DNA from: Halocafeteria seosinensis
Lineage: Eukaryota
Length of the DNA stretch: 61,221 nt
Direction: 5' to 3'
Assembly (NCBI GenBank): GCA_001687465.1
Contig: LVLI01000605.1
Coordinates: forward strand, 1 to 61,221
The notes below the pieces were generated by a model, which saw only the letters and a list, made by a program, of their open reading frames with translations, searched no databases and was not told where the DNA came from. Made by a program: the position numbers and the translations under genes. Below are positions 1-10,735 of the stretch, one piece after another (the stretch's first letter is position 1; every line of letters begins with the position of its first letter).

Positions 1-591
1 TCGCTCTTCTGCACAATACCCCTCTGCAAACAACACACACACATATTTAACTCGTCACTAAACTCGAAATCATCCCAAACTACAACCAATACGATTTACC
101 TTCCATAGGGGCTATCGAACTGAAAACGTCCTCTTTCGACATCGCACATGAGATTACCCCGCTGGTTCTCGGATCTCTTGAGCTATCCGTTACATAAAGA
201 CAATGCTTCCTATCAGAAGAGTTTGAGCCATGCTCCTCCAACGTTAGCAGATACCATGGATTTGATTCAAATGAAATATCTTCAATGTTTCTGCGAAATA
301 GCGAGGTCGCTCGTCCACTCATTGATTAATCAAATGGCTTCTCTGTCAGCTGTACTTACGTGACGGCATAGTGGTCACACGGGTCCTGACGAAGCCGTCT
401 AGCACTGCCGAATGCACATGCAGATATTCGCTTGGGAGAATGCGTCAAATCGATTGACTGACATGTGATTGTGTCTCCATGTGCCGGTAGCCGCCAATGA
501 GATCTGTGGTCCCGGATAGCACACCACTTATAGCACATGTACTACTGACCGACTCACGGAGGGTTCACATACTTTAAAGATGGGGGAAGAT
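1..591. repeat. Near-identical direct repeat copy of 1872-2462 (one module including introns)
   Basis: Sequence from position 1 (tcgctcttctgcacaatacc...) matches from 1872 at an offset of 1871, with only scattered substitutions up to ...tgggggaagat. ORFs 80-322/1951-2193 and 356-538/2227-2409 are near-identical. Confidence 0.95.
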
Positions 592-3500
592 TATCGAGAC
601 GTCGACTCGGACACAGTCCTTCTGCAGTAGCAACCATTATGAATCAGTTTAAGTGTAGATACCGTGTCTTTGTGTATGCCGTACCAGTCATGCCCAAAGT
701 TGACTTCAGCAAGGAAGCGTGACAAGATTCAAAAGCCACTCGCAAACGTCCAGATGCAGGCATCATCAAATATAAACACTGCATGTCATCCCCACTTGAC
801 GCAGATAGCGTTCCGACCAATTTGACTTGCGTCCATTCATTGCCGCCTCTTTTTATTGCCCTTGCATCACTGCTAACCCATCAACAAACAGTAATACGTC
901 AATCAACCAATCTCTAGCCGGAAAATGGCAACTAGCTCTACGTACATAGCGTGATAAGATAAAACATGTTCTCCGGCGACACCAAGCGAACGCCAAACCA
1001 CTCGCGAAGGAAAGTCTTGCAAGTCCAAACTAGTACAGTTGTCGTTGGGCCCGGAGGTAACATACCAATTGGCTCTGCATCGAAGCATTCTCAATTTCTC
1101 CAGAAACAACTGTTCAGAATGTTTAGGAAGCACCAAGTAACATACACGAAGCTCCTTGGCAACCGAATCTCATTTGGGGGCGGGGTCGCTGTAGGGTTCG
1201 GTGCGTCCTTGCATCCACCTTCTGCAATACGACACCAAGAATTTGACATGGACAAAATAAATCAAACAATAAAGTACAATTGCAAAAACTGACCATCCAT
1301 TGTCTTTATCTCTCCCGCGACGGACGCACCACGGCAACGCGTTACTCCGGTCGTCCGCAATTGTCCTCCCTTCCTCGTAACATATAGACAAAGCGGGGAA
1401 TGGCTGTCATTCCCAGAGTCTTGGTCTGTTCCTTTGTCTGCGTCGGTACTAAGTAGTATACGGTGCCAAGCTTCCCCATTGATGTCAATATCTTTGATAG
1501 CTCTGACAAAGCAGACAAAATTATGGCAAACTTGCTTGACGATTACGGGTCACTCACAACGGGAGACATACGTTATGGAGTACCAATGGCATCGACCGTC
1601 ACCCCCCTCAATATTGTGTATTGAACGTCCGCAGGCAAGGACGCTTTCGGCCAATTCCGACAAGTCCAGCAACTGGCATATTGTCCCATTCGACCCGTAG
1701 TTTACACTCGAGCTCCACTTCTTTCTCCTGGTTGCACATGCACAGAGTAACAGGTACAGCTCCCAACCGCTGATTCAACAAACACTATACTACATACAAG
1801 ATGTCTGGTGGCATGTTAGTCGGTGCAGGGGCAGGAGGTGGTTCTGCCGTTACCTTAGGGGTAGGATGAGGTCGCTCTTCTGCACAATACCCCTCTGCAA
1901 ACAACACACACACATATTTAACTCGTCACTAAACTCGAAATCATCCCAAACTACAACCAATACGATTTACCTTCCATAGGGGCTATCGAACTGAAAACGT
2001 CCTCTTTCGACATCGCACAAGAGATTACCCCGCTGGTTCTCGGATCTCTTGAGCTATCCGTTACATAAAGACAACGCTTCCTATCAGAAGAGTTTGAGCC
2101 ATGCTCCTCCAACGTTAGCAGATACCATGGACTTGATTCAAACGAAATATCTTCAATGTTCCTGCAAATTGGCGAGGTCGCTCGTCCACTCATTGATTAA
2201 TCAAATGGCTTCTCTGTCAGCTGTACTTACGTGACGGCATAGTGGTCACACGGGTCCTGACGAAGCCATCTAGCACTGCCGAATGCACATGCAGATATTC
2301 GCTTGGGAGAATGCGTCAAATCGATTGACTGACATGTGATTGTGTCTCCATGTGCCGGTAGCCGCCAATGAGATCTGTGCACCCGGATAGCACACCACTT
2401 ATAGCACACGTACTACTGACCGACTCACGGAGGGTTCACATACTTTAAAGATGGGGGAAGATGACCGGACGGCGGAGCCGGGGTTGGTGAAGTAACTGGC
2501 TGCTCATCTTGCCGACAAGCACCTCCTGTGGTAACCAAAAGAGTGTATAATAGTGAAACATACTCCCCGAAGATCGGTACCACCACTTACTCATCATCAT
2601 TTTGCTCGCCTTTGTAGGTGGAGGTCCCTCCCAATTGCAGTCTAACCGAGCCACTTGCAAAACGCCGTGCTCCTTTCGAAGAAAAACACAAGTGGAGACT
2701 TTCCCGTTCGGTCGGTCGCTAGAAGGAACGACTCGATACCATTTGGTTTCACCCAGAATCCGTTGATCGACGCCCCTGCAGTTACAACCGCCCAAACAAT
2801 AATGATTCAAGCTAGCTGTAGCCACGGAATTCGCGGCGCTTACTCTATAGTCCTTTCGTCACACTCTAAGCGATCGGCTCCATTCGGTAAATTAACAAAC
2901 GAACAGTTTTCCAATGTCCTTGGAAGATCCGTCAAATCCAGTGACGAACACACAGTTGTGTTCAGTGTCTTCCAGATACTCCTGCAATGTCCGCTAGGGT
3001 ACACGATGGTACACACACCATGTCCTACTGACTGAAAATATCATTAATCAGTACTTACGACAATTGACTAAGTTTATCAGCCGGTGTAGGAACTGCGCTG
3101 CTCGGAGAAGGCCGCACTGCCGTTGTCGGAATTGGCAAGGGGATTTCAGGTGAATGAGTCGGCCGCCCCTCCGCTGGACAGCCTCCATCTGAAGAAATCA
3201 GTTCCCGTCTCACAAGCTTTCTCCAAACTAATGGTATCGGATGAGATTCTTAGCGTACCTTTCATAGTCATCAGATCCTCCGCTGTGTCGAACTTGGAAC
3301 AGGACTCAACACCAGTCGTGAGATACATGTTCCTTTTCTTCTGAATGTAAATGCATCTCTCATATCCTTTCAGCTGCAGTCTATACAACTCAAATGGACC
3401 GCCTGGTTCATCTACCACAGAAAATCTGCGTATAATGGAGTCATCTACAGCAGCAATTCAATCGAAGGCACACCCCTACACGTACTCGATGCGGAATGCT

Positions 3501-6500
3501 CGACATCCATCGTGAGTATTTACGGTATCGAACGTCCCACAATAACGAATGAATCCATTCGACGCGTTTCGAAGGTCCATCGCGTAGCACGACTGGTCCT
3601 TGGATTCGGAGGGCCCCGGGACCACTCCCCATAGTCGACTGTTTCAATTGTAACAGGTTCGTGGAACCATGCGCACACAATTCACTAGCCGACAAATACG
3701 CTGTACTTACATGAGGGAACTGGGCATTTTGGGGAAAAGTGCGTTCTTTGTTGGAGTGGGAGTTTGTGCAGGACGATTGCCGTCAGAGGGAGGGGAATCA
3801 TCCTTATCACACATACCCTCTGCGAACAACCGACTAAAACACTAACTGCTACAACAAAATATTCTTCTGCAATCCATTCTTACCATGCATAGGAGACTGC
3901 GTTCTGTTTTGCGCGTCAGTCAGCAGACAAGATTCTACCCTACCGATATACCAAAATTGATTGTCAGTATCCCGTTTCATGTACATGCATGCGTCGAAGC
4001 CCAAAAATCCAAGCTTGTACCACGTCTCGCTATTCGCCAAGGTGGTTACCTCAGAGACACTGCGAGCATTTACTGCTAATGACTCAAGGCAATCGCAACG
4101 TCGGGTACGTGATACTTACTCAACAGGGAATACGACGCAGTTTTTGCCAGGTTCAGTGCCACAGATATAGACCGAACCGCTAGACGCATTTCGCAGATTA
4201 AGCGTGTCACACGTGTCACTTCGGTGGATTCTCCAGGCTCGCCTGTAATGCATCGATCAGTGCAACAACGGTTTCTCCCTGTGTATTGCTTGTAGGAAGT
4301 AAGGCACCACCCACCTCAATGACATTGGTAACTTGGAAGCAGGATTCCCAGATGGTGGCGGTGGTACCGTCGCACAAAGCCCAGCTGCAAGTGAAACCAT
4401 TGAGTATTCAAAGTATACCCCAGGGAAACTGGGTTCTGTCAACGTGTAACATACGTTGTAGTCTAAAGTAGCTATCCACTTCCTTGATTTCACAGGAGCC
4501 AAAATGCAAGCTAGGTGCACTAGTAGAGGGATCTCCCAACAGTATCATGCATCTTTCCTCATTATGGAAGCTCAGAATGTGCCACACCGATCCTCGATTT
4601 TCGATGGATCTGCAGCCAGCAAGTGTAGTTAACGGTGAAGAAACGTAACCGGTAGAGAGGGCTTACTTTACTTGTAACGTCTGACATCTGCTTGAGCGAC
4701 TCGTTTCATCTTTGATCTCATTGCAGTACTCTACCCAATGCCCTATTCTTGCTTCCGTCATATTTATGGACCCAAAACAGTGGTCATGATCAGAATCCAA
4801 CAGTTTCCAAGTTTTTCTGCAATCGGATTGGAGTCCCATGCTGGTGCTTCACTTGCAAATAGCAAAACGGCACATACAGGAAAGGATGGGGCAAATTCCT
4901 CCTCTCAGATTTTCTTTCTTCGGGGGTAGAAGCCGGTGTTGGGCTATATCTCGACAGACTTTGCGGAGCAGGGGTCGGTGTTGGGCTATGTCGTGATGGG
5001 AGTTGCGGACGACCAGTGGCGCATCCGCCCTCTGTGGCACAGAAAAATCTTTTGAATAAGCATTGTGGCATGAGCCTTTGGGGTTCAGTTACACCCTACC
5101 ATGCATGGGTTGCACCTTAGTGGCGTCCTGAACTGTGCAATAGCTAACGAAACCTCCGAANGAAAATCTACCCGCCGACTCCTCTCGAAACTGCATGCAT
5201 CTCTGCATTCCCCGAAATCCAAGGTTAAAGATGAGCTCACCATTCGTGCGAATAATCCTCGTGGAACTACTGCAGGGGTAAGGATCATGTGCGTAACACG
5301 AAGACTACATTGCCCGGACAGTATCCAACTTACTCGACGCGGAAGCGCTGACAGCTGTCTCGACGGCCAGACGTGCAGTAGCTGACACGACCTATAGAAA
5401 CGTTTCGTAGGTCTACCGTGTCGCAAGTTTCTCCTTCCCCGAATCCCCAAGCGCGTCTGCAATGTAATTAAGATACCAAGACAGCGACATTAGAACGAAC
5501 AGTCCACCGGCATGTGCTGTGAATTCGCATGCATAACGCCACTTACTGTAGTGTTTTCGGTGACTCTGACCCAGGGTTTCCAGATGGTAGCGAGGCATTC
5601 TTGCATTCACCTTCTGTAAAGCAACAGATCAGACGGCAGTTTCCAATTTGCGGCTAAATTGCATGCACTCAATTTGGATTTAAACAACGCACGTGACATC
5701 CTCATAAAGAAGTTGAGATCCATTTTTCGGATTTCACATGGGGAAGGGAAATAGAATAGCTCCTGAGAAATTACCATGCACTTTTCCTCATTCCATATGC
5801 GCATGATATACAGTGGCGTGTTGCTAACGGTTGTCGTGCGAATGGATCTGAGAAACGACATAGAGACAGCCACAATGGATGATAACGGGTTATGGTTGCT
5901 ACGTGCAAACCAGCACTTACGTTACAAAGAGCATCCGACATTCTTTCATGGTAAAGGCGTCAGTATGCATCCAAGAGCAGTATTTTACCAACGGCGCCTC
6001 CGCTAAATCCACCGAGGCCGAGCATGCATCTCCTTCCGAACCCGAAAGTCTCCATGATTTTCTGCAGTATCCCAGAGTACAGAACTATGTGAGTCCCAAG
6101 CCACTGTACACGGTCGACAGCACGTACCGAAGCGAATGGGGCAACCTTTCATCCTCATCTTTGGTGGCCATGGGGCTCGGCGTTGCCGAGGGAGTCTCCT
6201 CATGATCACCCTCGCACCCTCCTTCTGGAACCATGCAACCGAACACTGATACAGCTACCCATGCACTTACTACTGTGCCAAATCAACTGACGTACCTATC
6301 ATATGTCTCAGTGTGTCTAGCTCTTCCACCCTTGATGAGCAAGAAGTCACCGGTGTGGCTCGATAGATCACCGTTGCGTGACCTGTAGTATCTTCTCTCC
6401 ATTTCTGCTCAATGTAGATACATGCGGCATGGTGCTTCAAGAATAACTTGTACCACCCCAATTCTCTTTCAGCGACGGGCCTGCAAGATCTCAGTGTGTC

Positions 6501-8996
6501 AGCCACTTAAGTATTCAGAGTGGTCTACTCAGTACGACAACTTACTCCACCCTCAACATTCTGCATCCACCGCTAGTCATGTTGTCCAGATCCCCGCAGT
6601 ACGTCATGAATCCATGCGTTACATTCCGGAGATCCATCATATAGCACGTGTTCTTCTTATTAGAGGACGACTTCCGAAGCACACCCCAACGCCGACTGCA
6701 TATGTTATACGAATATGGCAAATCACAAGCTCTAGTACTTCAATGGCTACGTACACTAGCGATCGAGGTAACGTTGTATCCCCATCGCGATTTCCGGTCG
6801 GAGTCGGCTGAGGACTGCGTTTTGGACCGGGACCATCCTTCTCACACCCATCTTCTGCATATCCAAAACCACACAAACGTGGAGCGTTACGTCGCATGGG
6901 TCCGACCGTAGCCGTAGACACCTTACCGTGCATAGTCATTGAAGCTTCTAGATTATTCAACTCAGCCAAACAAGACGCTACTCCGGTTGTCCGATAGCTC
7001 ATTCTCTCATTTCCCGAATTGGTGTCTCCTCGTCTCTGCTCAATGTAAATACATCCATCGTGTTGCGTCAATGATAATTGGTACCATTGCGAGCCTGACG
7101 CCGATTTATCGTACACCTCCGATCTGAGTACAGAGTACAGTTCACAACCTCCTATGCTCACACAAACATTCTCGAGATACCTCCGGAATTAAAACTTACT
7201 TGACGCTAAGCATTTTGCATTTATCTTGCAAATCGATCCGGTCGGACTTGCCGCAGTAGAGCATTTTTCCACTTGTGACATTCCGCAAATCCATCACAAA
7301 ACAGGACTTCTCATCGCCGGAATCAGATCCACGAACGACACCCCACTGACGGCTGCAACAGGTAATAAATACAACAGTAGACATAGGCAGTGTGCGGTGA
7401 CTCCAAAGACGCATCATCGGCGACATACGATAGGGAACGAGGCAACGTTTTATCCTCACGTCGTGTCTCCGTCGGAGTGGAGACTGCTGGTGGTGTGGGG
7501 CTGTTCTTAGTCGGCAGATCCGGTTTAGGAGAGTCACAACGGCCTTCTGCAGGGAGAACGCATAAGAGCGCATTTCAACGTTCGTCTGCTCAACCGGTTC
7601 TTACTTTGCATGTCAACTAGTTCGGTTTCCGCACGATCAAGAGAACAATGATCTAGGTGTCCAGTGGCAGAAAGTTGGACCCCGTTGGTTTTTATGTAGA
7701 TGCATCCATCGTTTTGGCTAAACGCAAGCTCATACCAGACTCCATCTCCCCGGTGAACGACCTCGGTGCTACTGTAGCCACAAGTCTCCTAAACGATTTG
7801 GATATGATAGTGCCTTGCACTTCACACTTACGTTACCCGAAGCAAATCGCACTCGCTATGGTCGCAGTAACGCACAAACCCGCGAGAAACATTCATCAAG
7901 TGTAGGGTGTCACACGTCTCCTCAGTTTCGAGGCTCCACGCTTGTCTGTGAGGCGAAACGATTACATCCGTACAATGCATTGCAAGCGGATTCCTTTCAT
8001 TGCAGTTGAGGTGTTATGATATGACCGGATACTTACTGCAGTCGTTCAGGCAAATTAGAACCTGGGTTTTCTGAAGGGAGAGGGGCCTTTTCGCAAACTC
8101 CGGCTGCAACTAGTTTGGCGTGGAAATGTTGATAACGTAGGCCTACAAGGGAAGACTTAGAAAGAAACGTACGCTTCATTTGCATTCCACCTTCGGTGTT
8201 GTCAACGTTGCAAGTGGAAGACGGTCCGTAGAACACCGGCTGACTTCCATTGAAGCCAGATTCCAACAGCAGCATACACGTTTCTTCATTCTGAAATCTC
8301 AACACTTGGTGGACCCAGTTCCCCTCGCTTTTGGAATTAACAGACCTGACAAGGAAGGAGATACGAGTAGGATAAACGGAGCATTCATTGCGTGATGGCG
8401 CTACTTACTTTACCGCGAGTTCCTGGCATTCCATTACGTCCGCTTTCCGCTCGCAATACGTCACGGAGTTCCCGGCTTTAGCTCCATGCAAATCCACGGA
8501 CGCAACGCAATCTTGATCCCGATCTTTCGATAGTTTCCAGGTTTCCCTGTCGTTGAAAGAGAAGGAAGGCACAAGTTATCATCCTTCATAAAGTCGGTTC
8601 ACAATATCTTTCTTTCCGCATGATCTAGCAACTTCCCAACTCCTCCAGCGGTGACTACCGCCTACCATTCCGGCGATTTCCCCCCTAGCATTTACAACAC
8701 GCAATTGGCTGATTCTGTCCCTTTAATCTTCCCCACTGTGCTATGCAACCGTAAGAAAGCACATTTTCCAGCCGCCAACATTCCGGTCCGGAAACTGAAA
8801 GGGTTTTTTTGTTCCCTTTACCAGTCCCCTCTTGCGGCTTTCGAACACTTGTTCGCAAAGCAAGCCTGCGCTCAGGGTCTATGATGTCTTATTTGTACGG
8901 GACCACTTACCGAAACCGCCGTGGAAGCCCCCCTTCGACCTCGACACCTAGCCTCGCGGACAAGAAGAGCAGAAAAAACACTCGAAGTCGCTGCAT
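1..8996 (-). CDS. Large secreted multi-exon protein of at least 14 tandem ~140-aa Cys-containing modules with Pro/Thr linkers; 3' end lies outside the window
   Basis: ATG at 8996 gives the signal-peptide-like MQRLRVFFLLFLSARLGVEVEG and a GTAAG donor at 8910. Linker exons of the form (E/D/A/G)GxC-Pro/Thr-rich-LPxSL start near 8103, 7546, 6853, 6225, 5613, 5031, 4385, 3819, 3188, 2525, 1894, 1221, 621 and 23. Core exons of the form WYxLxL..C.YI...V.SC...M appear as ORF fragments 80-322, 1951-2193, 3146-3418, 3849-4040, 6270-6506, 6637-7161 and 8033-8305. Splice phases were compatible in the modules checked; not every junction was verified. Confidence 0.75.
1872..2462. repeat. Near-identical direct repeat copy of 1-591
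   Basis: Direct alignment by eye with 1-591. Confidence 0.95.
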
Positions 8997-9519
8997 CGTT
9001 CTACGATAGCGACAGGTTCGACAACTCACGCCAGGTTTATCAACATGCATGAAAACTTAGCCTATTACAGGATGCTTGGCGCAGTTGATAATAACGCAAT
9101 AAGAAAACACAGCCTAGACAAACCCAAGTCGTAGCCCTGATATGTGTGTAAATTGTGGAGTGGAATGGTCGGCATAATATGAAACGCCGATGGAGCAGGA
9201 CGCCGTTCGCCAGCACTGCTGAACTTCACCCATACCTTCCTCCTCCTCTGCATTAATGACCATCAATGGACACAAGGTACCCTGAGTACAGCACATACGC
9301 GAGTCACACAATCAAAACTGCCTATTCAAGTCCCTCGTGCGCAGCTTCTTCAGGATGGCCAATATGATAGTCAAGAAGTCGCTTGTACTGCTAAAGGAGG
9401 AAGGATTCCGAAAGAGTTTGGACACAGCAGAGGGGATAAGGTACTGGTACTGTGGGTACAAGATGGAACCACCATCTTTGTAACGTTCCAACGTCTGCCG
9501 GGATCGCCCAAGACTTCGA

Positions 9520-10227
9520 AAGGCTCTCGTACCGTGGATTCATCTGCATGGCTTTGTACATGCCTATTGGTATTCCCAAGGGAACTTCCTTTGTTATAAC
9601 ACACATCAGTTTTACTGTGGATCAATCCCTAGCACGCAGTTTCACACGTACGGTAATCTCTTAATTTTTATTAAACTTATCTACTAAACTTTTGCTCAAA
9701 TGTTAGCATCTGAAACCCCACCAAACACAAACCGTCTTCAACCACTGCGGGAAACGATGGGAAGTGACTCCCACCGTATATCTTACGAAACTGCATGCAA
9801 CCCATTAAGTTTATTCCCCCCAATGTCTCTTTCTTTGAGGCAGAAGCACCCGCAAGTCAAAAAGCATTGTACTCGACCAGCGATTAATAATCTTTCAGTA
9901 TCTCCCTTTCTAGCTGAATTAACAGCATCAAAACTATCCACGGCTATATTTCCAGCTCTTCCTCCGAACGCTTGAACAGTGAATTGATCTGTAGGGCTTT
10001 GTCATAGCATTACAAGAATCTGAAAAGAGAATTCCCTTTGTTATTATACGCCTCCGCATACTGTGGATAGATCTATAGGGCATTGTCATAGCATTCCAAG
10101 GTCTCCTTGTTACCATACACCGCCTCACATTGTGTATCAATTGCTCTAGCACTCGAGTCCACTGTAAGATTGCTTCTTGAAATTCCTCTTGTTCATGTAC
10201 TTGCACAGCTTGTTGGAATTCCTGCAT
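9520..10227 (-). pseudogene. Decayed TPR-repeat protein pseudogene
   Basis: MQEFQQAVQVHEQEEFQEAILQWTRVLE, then a frameshift to IDTQCEAVYGNKETLECYDNAL*IYPQYAEAYNNKGNSLFRFL*CYDKALQIN (stops at 10073-10075 and 10010-10012). Further fragments VLGIDPQ / DVCYNKGSSLG / YKAMQMNPRY lie near 9530-9635. These match the TPR consensus. Confidence 0.7.
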
Positions 10228-10735
10228 GAATGACACCGTAGTCGTCTTGCCAGCCTCCAACGAATACATACACACTGACCATATCATACACACTGTATAG
10301 TGTTGTACCAACTCATGCTGTACAACAAACGCCCGGCGTACCTCGTTCCAATGAATGAAACTATCCACAACACACGACCTCATAGATTGCCCCGGCTAGA
10401 CTCGACAAATGCAATGTGGGACCTGTGTTCATGCTCTGGAGCATTGCGACTTCCTTCTGCGACCAACCATCCAAGCACATACACAGTACACCTACCACAT
10501 GATACAAGTGCATTATTGATGTCTTAGTAGTATTGGGTCGATTATACAGTAGGTTTTCTTCCGAGCATGCGCCAGTGCAATTTGAGCTCGTTTGCTCTGT
10601 ATATACATATTTGGCTTGTAGACGGCGCATCTTCCTTGTGTACGTGGTACTGTATTACAACCATATAGGTATATACAGAAGCCTACCGTAGTTAGCTTTT
10701 GGTTGGTTGGCTGGTGCCGTTTTAAGCTGCAAGGG

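Noticed and set aside
1..8400. Regular ~620-nt periodicity as a CRISPR-like or satellite array
   Set aside because: There is no conserved nucleotide repeat; the periodicity is at the protein and splice-site level.
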